Origin: a virus
IMG/VR virus record: IMGVR_UViG_3300045988_012380
Coordinates: 1 to 29,198 of that record
Direction: 5' to 3' (one strand)
DNA length: 29,198 bases
Part shown: positions 6,219-15,363 of the stretch, piece by piece
How the letters are laid out: every line of letters begins with the position of its first letter
Position numbering within the stretch: the stretch's first letter is position 1
Program-made: the position numbers and the translations under genes
The notes under the pieces: model-generated
Databases searched by the model: none
What the model was told of the DNA's origin: nothing
The model's input: the letters and a program-made list of their open reading frames with translations, nothing else

Positions 6219-7229
6219 TTACATGATTTTTAAATTATCAACCTCTAATTCTAAGGTTCTATATCCACTCTTTCTAACTTCATAAACATTCTTAATTCTA
6301 GCAGTCATTACCAAATTAATTTCTGATATGATTACATCCACTTTATCACCTAAATCGAAATCAACCATATATTCGTATGAATCTGTATTAAGATTGAAAT
6401 TCACATTTTCTTCAATTTGACACTCCGCTAGTTTTTCAATTCCTTTTTGAATCAATACCTTTTTATACTCTTCAAGCGTTGTACCTTCTCCCATACGCTC
6501 AGAGCGTGCGTCTACATACAATTTCTTGATTCTTTCATTCTTATCTTTTCTAGCGTCATATTCAACATAAATACGCTCTTCACCTTGTCCCTCACCACAA
6601 ACGATTACATAATTCTTGTATTTGCTAGAATCAATCATAACGTCCGGTTCTTCAACATTTCCAAATTCGGTTGAGAATGTGACGAAGTTGTTTCCGTCTG
6701 TATTGTTTTGAGTTAAATCACGACCTCGATACAACACAAATGTGAACGTACTTGACACATAGTCATATTCTATGCGAAAAGATAGTTCTAACGGATATAA
6801 CAATTCATAAAGTTTTTTATCAAGGTATGCTCCTGTTTCTTGAAAGTCTACTCTATCAGTTATGGATTCATCATATCTATATTCCATTTTCCATGAACAA
6901 TACTTGTCTAATAACTTCTTGACTACATCAACGATTTTCCCACTACTAGAGAATGTAGGATAAATACAATCATCTGCTAGAATCTTTTCAAAGAATGAGC
7001 CTTTCAACAACATTTGTTTCGTGTTATTTGAAGCCGAATAATGTGGTATATCTACGATTCCTAACTCTTTATCATCAGTAGAATAAATGTATTTAATATT
7101 GCTTGAATACTGTTCTATATCAATATAAATCTCGAAATCTCCTGTCTCATAATATTTCCTGTTCCATTGCACGTTGTAAGGCTCTAAATGTGTAATGATG
7201 TTGAAATCTTTATCTAATCCATAATACAT
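6219..7229 (-). CDS. Tail-associated / baseplate hub protein (Tal N-terminal-like, siphovirus Gp37-like)
   Basis: It follows Dit directly. The assignment rests on size, position and an N-terminus (MYYGLDKDFNIITHLEPY..GDFEIYID) typical of this position. Family assignment is from memory. Confidence 0.6.
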   Translation of the reverse strand: MYYGLDKDFNIITHLEPYNVQWNRKYYETGDFEIYIDIEQYSSNIKYIYSTDDKELGIVDIPHYSASNNTKQMLLKGSFFEKILADDCIYPTFSSSGKIVDVVKKLLDKYCSWKMEYRYDESITDRVDFQETGAYLDKKLYELLYPLELSFRIEYDYVSSTFTFVLYRGRDLTQNNTDGNNFVTFSTEFGNVEEPDVMIDSSKYKNYVIVCGEGQGEERIYVEYDARKDKNERIKKLYVDARSERMGEGTTLEEYKKVLIQKGIEKLAECQIEENVNFNLNTDSYEYMVDFDLGDKVDVIISEINLVMTARIKNVYEVRKSGYRTLELEVDNLKIM

Positions 7230-7230
7230 A

Positions 7231-8100
7231 CTATAAACCTAAATACCTTTCATTGTAGTAAACGGTGCAAGATAAATTTGTATCTCCTGTATCTGCTCCA
7301 TATCCGATAGTGTTCTGACCTACATCAATGACCAAATTATTAAATGATGAGGTTCTATCTACTTTATTAATGCAATTTACACCATTCTTACGAATCTTAA
7401 TAGGTTTTGAGACTAAATCAATTTCTAATTTGTCGCCTTTATGCAATGTATCAATTACTCTTACATATTTGTCTTTATTAAATAGCTTTGGATTCTCAAC
7501 ATCTCCATACGCTTCAATAATTGCTCTACAATATGTTTCAGTATCGCCTTTATTCTCAATCTTAACTTCTCTAGCGAAGCTAAATGTTCCGAATTCAACA
7601 CCTTTAGAAGTAATCTCTACATTGAATTGCAAACCACCTTCGATTTGTGCAATATTCTTTGCATAATCATTATATGAAAGCAATAAAGGTTGCGTACATA
7701 AAATTGTGAAGTTTAGCTCTAAATCTCTGTAAATATTGCTTGTAGGAAGGCTATACGCATACAACCTTCCTTGGCAATATTTCTTTTCTCCCATGTACTC
7801 AACAATTACATCAAATAAATGAGAATAGTTGAAGAAACATCTAAGCACTTCTCTTTCATGTGATTTCTCTTCTAGTGTACCTTTAAAGATAGCTTTCACG
7901 CTTCTTTCCTTTGTAGGTATTCTAACACTCATAACTCTAGCACCATTTCCAAATGCGTTATCTTGAGTTGTGTATGAAGGCTCAATGTAATCAAATCCAT
8001 CTAAACCATCACTAGATGGAATTCTCCATCTTTTGTTGTCGATTTCAAATGTTTCACCATCATCCCTACGAACAATGATTCTAACTTTGTTTAAATCTAT
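7231..8100 (-). CDS. Distal tail protein (Dit)
   Basis: The track ORF is 7231..7932. The frame is open and protein-like for 56 more codons upstream with no ATG, GTG or TTG. ATA 8100-8098 lies 9 nt after GGAGG (8114-8110) and overlaps the TMP stop as ATAG. Confidence 0.7.
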   Translation of the reverse strand: MDLNKVRIIVRRDDGETFEIDNKRWRIPSSDGLDGFDYIEPSYTTQDNAFGNGARVMSVRIPTKERSVKAIFKGTLEEKSHEREVLRCFFNYSHLFDVIVEYMGEKKYCQGRLYAYSLPTSNIYRDLELNFTILCTQPLLLSYNDYAKNIAQIEGGLQFNVEITSKGVEFGTFSFAREVKIENKGDTETYCRAIIEAYGDVENPKLFNKDKYVRVIDTLHKGDKLEIDLVSKPIKIRKNGVNCINKVDRTSSFNNLVIDVGQNTIGYGADTGDTNLSCTVYYNERYLGL

Positions 8101-10676
8101 TGAATTGCACCTCCATATCCATATCTTGCTTGTATTCTTAACATCCTAGCGATTTCGTCCGGACTAGATGTTTTAGAATAGAAGTTAATTGTCTGTCCAT
8201 TGTTATTTGTGGTTACACTAGGCATGATTTGAACCATATCTTTAGCTACGGCACGAACCCATGCTTTATTTCTTTCTAATGGTACGACGGCTTCTGCTCC
8301 ATTACCTTCTAACAAACCAATTTGTCCACGCTTCAATACACCACCACGTTCTAGTCTTGGAATCCTTCCAATGTGAACTCCGGGAATCTTATTGATGATA
8401 CTGATAGCACCATTAATACCACCGATAACACCATTAACCATTCCTTTTACACTTCCAACCAATGAACTAACTGCTCCTTCAATTCCACTGAATACACCAC
8501 CTACAAACCCTCTCAGACCGCTCCATGCATTCTGTATTCCTTGTAAAACATTTGAAATCTTACTTCCTACCTTGTCCATCACGCCTTGAACCTTTGACCA
8601 AATGCCGTTGAATACATCTGTAACTGTAGATTTGATATTATTGAAATATTTATTAATATCATCAATAACACCTTTTACCTTATCTCCTACTTTACCCATG
8701 ACTTCTTGAATCTTGCTCCAAATCTTGTTGATAATATCAGAGATTGACTTAAATAAATTTGTTACAAATTCAATGATTGCAGTTACTACTTCACTGACTT
8801 TGCTCCAAATATTCGTTGCTACCGTTAATATTACAGACCAAATATTCGCTACAATTGTAGATATGATTTCTACAATAGGCATAATAAATCCTAGTATAGT
8901 TGCAATAGCCGTTCCAACATATGTGACTACCATACTTATAAACGAAATAATCCCACTTACAACACTTCCTACAACTGTTAGAATAGATGTTATTACAGGA
9001 ATCATTTCAGTTACCACTGAGATTATCTTCTGAATAATTGCTAGAATCGGTGGTCCTACTACTGTTAGAATCTTTTGTGCTTGATTCACAATATTTTGAA
9101 TAACTTCAATAATCTTGCTTAATATATCTTTTGCGATAGGTTCAAGTGCAACTTTCATTTGTTCAATCGCACCTTTTACCTTATCAAAAGCAGGAGCTAA
9201 CACATCAGAAACTTGGCTTGTCAATTTTGTAATTCCACTTGTATCAATCTTACTTAATACACTTGAAATTACATCACCAACTTTAGCAAACCCTTGTTGA
9301 ATACCTTGTATTGCTACTGTAATCAATCCAATGATACCTGCAAGAATAGGGGTAATAAGTTCGCCTATTGGAGTAAATGAATCAAGAAACGCACGTCCTA
9401 AACCACTTAAAGCGTTTTTTAAGCCACCGTTTGCAATTTCTTTTACTTTATCCATTGCACCTTCTACATCTTTATATTTATTCCCTACTGTTGTTAAGGA
9501 CTGAATGAATCCGGCGTTGAAATCTTCTCCCATTGTACCGAAAGCCGTTGCCGTTTTATTCAACTTTTCTTGTTGATTTGTAGTTCTTGAAATATCTTCT
9601 ACAATCGCATTCACAACATCTTTCTGAGTTTTTCTTCCTTCTTGCCATGCCTTGAATACATCTTGCGTCTTTGTATCGAAACTATCTAAAGCTCCTTCGA
9701 TATTTCCATCAACTAACCTTGTGGTAACTTCATTGATTGCGTCGTTAACTTTATCAAGGTTATAAGCTCCACCATCTAAACCATTCTGCATTAATTGGAA
9801 ATATTCATCTGCCGAATATCCTGCTTGTTTGAATTTACCTGCGTATTCTGAAATGTTATCGCCTAATTCATCCGACTTATTCAAGCCATTCTGAGCACCT
9901 GTAGCCATAAGGTCAAACGCTTCTTTAGAAGTAATTCCGAACTGCTTCATTAATTGTTGAGCACCTCTAAGAGTTTCGTTCTCGTCCATGCCGAATGTGT
10001 CTCTTAATGTCAATAAATCCTCAGTAACATTCTTTAGGTCAACATCACTTATGCCTTGCATTTGTTGTTTAACACGTGCCATCATATCGGCAACATCTGA
10101 AATATCTTCGCCAAAATTATTAGACCAAACATCACGAGCAATGTTTTTAAATTTGCTCATTTCATTACTTGAAGCACCTGTCTGAGCTTGAAATTTAGCC
10201 ATAGCGTCATCTAATTCAGTAGCTTGGTTAACACCGGTCTTAATTGCCAGTGCCATTCCACCAACTGCTCCTGCTACGGCAGTGACACCAACGACACCTC
10301 CAACGCCTAAGCCTGTTAATGTTTCTGTGATTGCAGTAGCTTCCGGACTAATGTTCTGAATCTTTCCTAATAGTCCATCAAATCCACCTTGAATTGACTC
10401 TAATGCACTACTTCCAATTTGCTTAAATACATCAAATTTTGAACCTGTTTCTTGCGTTTCTGTTTGTGTATTCTTTTGCTCTTCGTTTAAATCTTTAAGT
10501 TTTTCTTTAATTTTTGGCGGTGCTTTTGAACCATCAGAACCTAACTTGTCGATTGCTTTTGAAGTGTCTTTGATAGCATTTGTTGCTTCACTTGATACAA
10601 CTTTTACCGATTTAATACCATTCTCTAGACCACTTGTGTCTATCTTTGTATCAAACTTTAATGTTCCATCTGATAT
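8097..10676 (-). CDS. Tail tape measure protein
   Basis: The track ORF is 8097..10256. Another 140 in-frame codons upstream (KFDTKIDTSGLENGIKS.., Gly-rich TM-like GVGGVVGVTAVAGAVGG) contain no ATG, GTG or TTG. I checked this triplet by triplet. The first sense codon after the in-frame TGA is ATA 10676-10674, 11 nt after GGAGG (10692-10688). Confidence 0.85.
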   Translation of the reverse strand: MSDGTLKFDTKIDTSGLENGIKSVKVVSSEATNAIKDTSKAIDKLGSDGSKAPPKIKEKLKDLNEEQKNTQTETQETGSKFDVFKQIGSSALESIQGGFDGLLGKIQNISPEATAITETLTGLGVGGVVGVTAVAGAVGGMALAIKTGVNQATELDDAMAKFQAQTGASSNEMSKFKNIARDVWSNNFGEDISDVADMMARVKQQMQGISDVDLKNVTEDLLTLRDTFGMDENETLRGAQQLMKQFGITSKEAFDLMATGAQNGLNKSDELGDNISEYAGKFKQAGYSADEYFQLMQNGLDGGAYNLDKVNDAINEVTTRLVDGNIEGALDSFDTKTQDVFKAWQEGRKTQKDVVNAIVEDISRTTNQQEKLNKTATAFGTMGEDFNAGFIQSLTTVGNKYKDVEGAMDKVKEIANGGLKNALSGLGRAFLDSFTPIGELITPILAGIIGLITVAIQGIQQGFAKVGDVISSVLSKIDTSGITKLTSQVSDVLAPAFDKVKGAIEQMKVALEPIAKDILSKIIEVIQNIVNQAQKILTVVGPPILAIIQKIISVVTEMIPVITSILTVVGSVVSGIISFISMVVTYVGTAIATILGFIMPIVEIISTIVANIWSVILTVATNIWSKVSEVVTAIIEFVTNLFKSISDIINKIWSKIQEVMGKVGDKVKGVIDDINKYFNNIKSTVTDVFNGIWSKVQGVMDKVGSKISNVLQGIQNAWSGLRGFVGGVFSGIEGAVSSLVGSVKGMVNGVIGGINGAISIINKIPGVHIGRIPRLERGGVLKRGQIGLLEGNGAEAVVPLERNKAWVRAVAKDMVQIMPSVTTNNNGQTINFYSKTSSPDEIARMLRIQARYGYGGAIQ

Positions 10677-10696
10677 TCAATTTGCCACCTCCTTTT

Positions 10697-11260
10697 CTAA
10701 ACATCAAAATATGAATCGAATTCATCCTTCATTTCTTGTTCTTCTATTGTTAACTCGATTGGGAAAGACCACGCTTCTTTTGCTCTTTGATATGCTTTAT
10801 CTTGTGTATCATTCTTTGAAGGTTTTTCGTAACCTCTTACGCTCTTTGCATATCCCCATAAAGTTGAATCACCGACAACATTATTTGCTAGTGCTAAGAA
10901 CTTATGCCAATGCATATCACATTCCGTTAAATCAATGCCGTAAAGTTGCATAAAAGCCGAATAAATATATTCCCCATCTTGCACATAATCTAATGTTTTA
11001 ACCCCTGTAGAATCACTTCTAGGCGTACTAGAAGGGTTATATAAGAATTGCTCTAACTCTTTTAAAATATGCCAGTCTATGATAGGTGGTTCATCTACGA
11101 ATAAATAAGAGCAATCTATTTCATCAACAACATGATTGTTGAATCGTTCTAATTCTTCATAGAATCGAATCCACAATCGAAAATCTGTATTTAATAAAAT
11201 AGGCTCGCCATCTAGCGATTGTATGCTATTTGGCAAGCCTTTTATGCGTAAATCAATCAT
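10697..11260 (-). CDS. Tail assembly protein, phage Gp15-like
   Basis: It lies between the chaperone and the TMP. Motifs DFRLWIRF.. and YGIDL..HWHKF.. resemble the Gp15 family as I recall it. ATG start with an ATGA overlap. Confidence 0.6.
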   Translation of the reverse strand: MIDLRIKGLPNSIQSLDGEPILLNTDFRLWIRFYEELERFNNHVVDEIDCSYLFVDEPPIIDWHILKELEQFLYNPSSTPRSDSTGVKTLDYVQDGEYIYSAFMQLYGIDLTECDMHWHKFLALANNVVGDSTLWGYAKSVRGYEKPSKNDTQDKAYQRAKEAWSFPIELTIEEQEMKDEFDSYFDV

Positions 11261-11619
11261 TTCTTCACCGAAATGCTAGAAACAGTCTTGCTTGCGTCAA
11301 GAAATTGTTTCATTCCATTTGTTCCAAATGTTGTTTTTAATTTCTTTTCTAACTGTTCAACCGTTTTCTTTGAATATTCATCATCAATCAAATTGACAAT
11401 ATACAATACTTCCATCAAATCAACTTGTTCAAAATCTGCACTTCCTAACATGCTTTCAATTTGTTCATCTGTTAATACTGCTTTCAGATAGTCGAATTTA
11501 GCTCGATATGCTTCTTCATGCGTTGCGTGAAATGCGTTACAAGCGTCCTCTGCTTTTAAAACTTCAATTGTTTTAGGTGGGATTTCATACTGTTTCCCTT
11601 CATACGTGATTCTATTCAT
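11257..11619 (-). CDS. Tail assembly chaperone-like protein
   Basis: It lies between the tube and Gp15-like genes. It is a small acidic protein with AGAGG followed by ATG. Confidence 0.5.
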   Translation of the reverse strand: MNRITYEGKQYEIPPKTIEVLKAEDACNAFHATHEEAYRAKFDYLKAVLTDEQIESMLGSADFEQVDLMEVLYIVNLIDDEYSKKTVEQLEKKLKTTFGTNGMKQFLDASKTVSSISVKK

Positions 11620-11637
11620 GATTTACCTCTTCTTTCT

Positions 11638-12141
11638 TTATACTTCTGATGTGCCTTCTGTAAATGTTACTGTTCCATCTGTAACCTTTGCAATACCTAC
11701 ACGAATGTCGCTCGCAAAGTTAATGTTGAAGTTGATTTTTGAATCAACACCACTCAATGTATCGAAAATCAATTTAGCGTCAACTTCCCACGCTTTATAT
11801 CCTTTTGTTTTATCTCCGTCAAACATGAATACAAGTAAAGCTTTTGTGTTTACTTCTTCATTGTCCGGAACGGATTTCATCATCTTTTCATAAATGTATT
11901 CGAAATCATCTTCACCTTTAATCATTGTCAAATCTTGCGCAATTTGAGGTGAATAGCTCTTTAACGATTCTGTAGGATTCTTATCTGCGATAAAGTCATA
12001 TGTTTCAGTTTCACTGTTAAATGCAATATCCAAAGTTGTAGACTTCTTGATACGCTTATAACCTGTTCCCATTTCCAAGAACAATCCAATCATATACTTC
12101 TTGACTGTTTGTCCTACGCTTACTTCTGTTCCTTGTGTTAT
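11638..12141 (-). CDS. Major tail (tube) protein
   Basis: The track ORF is 11638..12093. The frame is open for 16 more codons. ATA 12141-12139 lies 8 nt after AAAGGAG and overlaps the upstream TAA as TAATA. ATG 12093 has no convincing SD. Confidence 0.65.
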   Translation of the reverse strand: MTQGTEVSVGQTVKKYMIGLFLEMGTGYKRIKKSTTLDIAFNSETETYDFIADKNPTESLKSYSPQIAQDLTMIKGEDDFEYIYEKMMKSVPDNEEVNTKALLVFMFDGDKTKGYKAWEVDAKLIFDTLSGVDSKINFNINFASDIRVGIAKVTDGTVTFTEGTSEV

Positions 12142-12560
12142 TAATTAAGCTCCTTTCTGTATTTAATTTGAATAGTCAATGCATATACTGCTTGACTATC
12201 CTCATTTGTGTATAAATATAAACCACTTGAAACGGAAACGTCATCACAATATTTGTTTCCGTCTAGTTGTGGTAATTCTCCTTTTAAATTCTTTTCGTCA
12301 ATCCATTCTCCTAATTCTTCTAAGAAGGAGTTGTTATCTTGCCTTTCGGCTTCGATTTGTGTATTCCTACGTGCTAGAAACGTGTAGTATTCAGTACGCA
12401 TTTGAGAGCCGTCAATGTATGTATCTACAATTGCGTTAGGCTCTTTATACAACGCATAAGAGATAGCTTGTTGCGCTAAAACATCCGTTTCAATACGTTC
12501 ATCTATCTGTATATTTCCATAGCCATATAACCATTGAATCAATGCTTTTGATACTGTCAT
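12141..12560 (-). CDS. Tail terminator / head-tail joining protein
   Basis: Called by position in the connector block. GGAGG is followed by 6 nt and ATG, with an ATGA overlap. Confidence 0.5.
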   Translation of the reverse strand: MTVSKALIQWLYGYGNIQIDERIETDVLAQQAISYALYKEPNAIVDTYIDGSQMRTEYYTFLARRNTQIEAERQDNNSFLEELGEWIDEKNLKGELPQLDGNKYCDDVSVSSGLYLYTNEDSQAVYALTIQIKYRKELN

Positions 12561-12919
12561 TCACTACCTCCTATCATTTGTTGTGCTTTCTTCAAGATTG
12601 TTTCTGCTCCGCCATTTCGCATAGCTTTTTCAAACCAATGGTCTGTTTTGCCACCAACGAAATGAGCATTCTCTTTGTTGTAATACCAACGCCGAGCATA
12701 TGGAGCACTTGGTCCACCTTGCTTTACTAATCCACTGCCAATTTGAGTGTTTCTTGTAGCCGAGTTGATTAATGCTCCTGTGTCTCTAGGCGTATAAGGG
12801 GACATAAGCCTAATGACTTCAGAATCAATCATTTGTTGAACTCGTCCACGTTCTTCAAGTCCTCTTGATTGTTTAATTTGGGGAATTGATTCAACATCAA
12901 GTTTGACTTTCATTCCTAT
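12557..12919 (-). CDS. HK97 gp10-like tail completion protein
   Basis: The track ORF is 12557..12991, and its N-terminal 24 aa overlap the upstream gene. The motif PYTPRDTGALINS is typical of the gp10 family. ATA 12919-12917 lies 10 nt after GGGAGG and overlaps the upstream TAG as ATAG. ATG 12913, two codons later, is the canonical alternative. Confidence 0.6.
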   Translation of the reverse strand: MGMKVKLDVESIPQIKQSRGLEERGRVQQMIDSEVIRLMSPYTPRDTGALINSATRNTQIGSGLVKQGGPSAPYARRWYYNKENAHFVGGKTDHWFEKAMRNGGAETILKKAQQMIGGSE

Positions 12920-13335
12920 TGACCGACAACCTCCCAATGTTTCAACATATCGACATTCGTACAATCTGTTACGCTTTGAATCGTTGTCCATTTGTATTTC
13001 TTTTTAGCTTCATTGATTGCCTTGATGTTAGATAAATCTTCTTCGACTTCTCCAAAGAATACGAAATCGGTTTTATCTGTATTTAATGTGAAGTGCTTTT
13101 GTTTTTCATCATTTGAAAGCTTTGCATATGCGTAAGGTTCAACATATCCTTCACGATATAGAATAGTAATATTTGTGGATGTGGCTATGCTCAGAATATT
13201 ACCGTTTGCAGTTCTAACAGTTGATTGTCTCCACATACATTTATCAAGGATAGAAGCTTGAAACCTATCTTCTCTCGTTAATGTGTCATAGTAGTGATTT
13301 ACAAGTGTAATTGAATCTTCAAAGAATCCTATCAT
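12916..13335 (-). CDS. Head-tail adaptor / head closure protein
   Basis: The track ORF is 12916..13380. The start was moved to ATG 13335, which forms an ATGA overlap with the upstream stop. Confidence 0.5.
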   Translation of the reverse strand: MIGFFEDSITLVNHYYDTLTREDRFQASILDKCMWRQSTVRTANGNILSIATSTNITILYREGYVEPYAYAKLSNDEKQKHFTLNTDKTDFVFFGEVEEDLSNIKAINEAKKKYKWTTIQSVTDCTNVDMLKHWEVVGQ

Positions 13336-13679
13336 AATGCAATCCATCTTTCTTTCATTAAATCTGTATCGCCTAACCAAAAGGCTATAATATCCTCAAG
13401 CGTGTTTCTTCTATCTGAGTGTGTGGTGTTTATAAAGCTTTTGGAATATCCACCATTTGAAATACTTGATACACCATCAATTGAATCTTGAAAGATTACA
13501 TTGTTTAAGACATCACAGATACAATCTTTTAAAGTATCTTCGTTCTGTTCGTTAATAGAATCAACATTTACATACTTCAATACCATTGCTTCTGCTTTGT
13601 AAGAATACTGATTGAATTGATTTTCATCAAATTTTGGAAAATGGGAATTGTAATATTCCCAATCTAAAATATTGTTCAT
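13332..13679 (-). CDS. Head-tail connector protein (gp6-like)
   Basis: Called by position after the capsid gene and by size. AGGGGG is followed by ATG. Confidence 0.5.
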   Translation of the reverse strand: MNNILDWEYYNSHFPKFDENQFNQYSYKAEAMVLKYVNVDSINEQNEDTLKDCICDVLNNVIFQDSIDGVSSISNGGYSKSFINTTHSDRRNTLEDIIAFWLGDTDLMKERWIAL

Positions 13680-13698
13680 TTTACAACCCCCTTTTTAG

Positions 13699-13800
13699 CT
13701 ATTTTTCATTTTGAGGTTTAGCTTCCTCTTTTGTTTTAGGTTTTCCTTTTTTAGGTTTTTCAACTTTAGAAGGATAACCCCAACCGATTTCCGTTGCCAT
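13699..13800 (-). CDS. Micro-ORF, 33-aa Lys/Pro-rich peptide
   Basis: Not in the track. Its ATG 13800 overlaps the capsid stop as TAATG. The peptide is MATEIGWGYPSKVEKPKKGKPKTKEEAKPQNEK. There is no clear SD. Confidence 0.3.
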   Translation of the reverse strand: MATEIGWGYPSKVEKPKKGKPKTKEEAKPQNEK

Positions 13801-14669
13801 TACTTAGCACTAGCAGATAAGTAAATACCTGCTACCTTATTTGCGTATACATCAACGATTCCATACTTACGATATTTCAATACATCTGAATCTGATTCAA
13901 TGTTATTGCTTGCAGGAATTACATTTGAAACGGTGTGTTTATCCCATTTCATTACGGCAGGTTTATGAACAATCAAGAAGTTGATTACGTGTCCATCTTC
14001 TGCCTTTTCGTATCCGCCATCTAACTCTGTATCTTTTCCACTCAACAATTTGATTTTTGTATAGAAACGACTAGCAGGTACAGGAACAACTTTTGCGAAT
14101 CCTTGTAAAGCTTCACGAGATTTGTATGTATCTAATGCCTTAACGCCATTTAATAATGTAGGTGTAGCATACAAGATACGTTGTTCGCTAGGAACTTCAT
14201 CTTCATCCATTTTAGTAGTTGCCGTTAATAATGCGCTCAAGAACTCTTCTGAATTTGTATAATCTTCGGCAACTGTTGTGATTCCTGTTGTTCCGGCAAT
14301 TTTAGCAAATGTATAAGCGTCTGCTTCCGGTGCTACCTTTGTACGCATTAATTCTGCTCCTGCCATACCGAACGCAATATTCATTGATTCGGCATTGTCT
14401 TGTGTATCAACTGAGATTTTAGTTCCTCTATCATAGTCGAATGTAGCAGTTTTCCATTCTAACTTAACTGAGTTACCTGTATAACCACTATTTCTATCAT
14501 AGTTTCCTAAACCTTTGACTGAAATTTGTGGATAGATGATTTCTTTTGCGTTTGCTCCTGCTCGTACCATTGTAGCGTCTGCGTTTAAATCACCTGTTAC
14601 TGAAGCTAACTTATACACCTCATCTAGATTTGAGACATACGTTTTAGCTAATGCAATTTGATTTGGTAT
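13800..14669 (-). CDS. Major capsid protein
   Basis: The track ORF is 13800..14618 with a GTG start and no SD. It follows the scaffold gene. The frame is open for 17 more codons (IPNQIALAKTYVSNLDEV..). ATA 14669-14667 lies 9 nt after AAGGAGG (14685-14679) and is the second sense codon after the in-frame TAA. Confidence 0.85.
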   Translation of the reverse strand: MPNQIALAKTYVSNLDEVYKLASVTGDLNADATMVRAGANAKEIIYPQISVKGLGNYDRNSGYTGNSVKLEWKTATFDYDRGTKISVDTQDNAESMNIAFGMAGAELMRTKVAPEADAYTFAKIAGTTGITTVAEDYTNSEEFLSALLTATTKMDEDEVPSEQRILYATPTLLNGVKALDTYKSREALQGFAKVVPVPASRFYTKIKLLSGKDTELDGGYEKAEDGHVINFLIVHKPAVMKWDKHTVSNVIPASNNIESDSDVLKYRKYGIVDVYANKVAGIYLSASAK

Positions 14670-14683
14670 TAATTAAATCCTCC

Positions 14684-15268
14684 TTATTTCTTTTCTGTAG
14701 TTAAACCCATTACTTGTCTTAATAATAAATCTTCGGCATTTGGGTTTTCTCCTTGCCCACTGTTTCCAACAATATTGCCTTTAACACTAGGCTCATTTTG
14801 TTCTTTTTCAAATAAGATTGGCTTATTCTCTTTCAAAGTCTTGAAAGCTTTGTCAATATCATTTGTTTGGTCTTTTGAATTCAGTAAATCATCATAATTG
14901 AATTGTGATTTTGCTAAATCGAAATCTTTACATCCGTATTCTTTGGCTTTTGCACTTAATACAGAATCAAGATTCATTTTGCTAATCTGAGCTTCATATG
15001 TAGTCTTTTGAGTGTCAATATCATTCGTCAATGTATTGATTTTTTTTCTTAACTCTTCTACATCAACTCCATCATAGCTTTCCTTGAATTTATCAAACTT
15101 TGTTTGAATATCCTTTGCGTTGCTCTCTGCTAAAGATAGCTTTTCTTTTTGCTTGTCGAACTCTGCAATCGTCTTATAGTTGTCATTTACTAGCTTTGTA
15201 ACTGATTCCTCTTGCTCTTTGGTTAATTCAATGTTTGATTCTTTTAAAATTTCAATAATGTTTTTCAT
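14684..15268 (-). CDS. Capsid scaffolding protein (phage GP20-like)
   Basis: An acidic coiled-coil protein of 194 aa directly upstream of the capsid gene. AGGAGGG is followed by ATG. Confidence 0.7.
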   Translation of the reverse strand: MKNIIEILKESNIELTKEQEESVTKLVNDNYKTIAEFDKQKEKLSLAESNAKDIQTKFDKFKESYDGVDVEELRKKINTLTNDIDTQKTTYEAQISKMNLDSVLSAKAKEYGCKDFDLAKSQFNYDDLLNSKDQTNDIDKAFKTLKENKPILFEKEQNEPSVKGNIVGNSGQGENPNAEDLLLRQVMGLTTEKK

Positions 15269-15345
15269 TTGCCCTCCTAAAGTTATTTATAAACCGAATC
15301 TTCTCCGGTATGGTTTTGGCTAACTATATTTTAGCTTGAATAATA

Positions 15346-15360
15346 GCTCACATTGTGAGC
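15346..15360 (-). terminator. Palindrome GCTCACAATGTGAGC after the minor head gene (weak terminator or protein-binding site)
   Basis: A perfect 7-bp-arm palindrome lies 3 nt after the stop and is followed by TATTATT. The same core occurs at 25947-25963. Confidence 0.3.
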
Positions 15361-15363
15361 GTT

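Noticed and set aside
10651-10692. Explaining the start-less TMP N-terminus by +1 frameshifting from the TTG mini-ORF, or explaining the portal/fibre junction by read-through or frameshift
   Set aside because: No slippery motif is evident. The same SD-ATA geometry recurs at about 10 other genes, most of which have no upstream ORF to shift from. A single mechanism, ATA initiation, is more parsimonious.
10697-11619. Programmed -1 frameshift of the tail chaperone genes (G/GT type)
   Set aside because: The two ORFs are joined by an ordinary ATGA overlap with an ATG start, and I saw no obvious slippery heptamer. This was not examined exhaustively.
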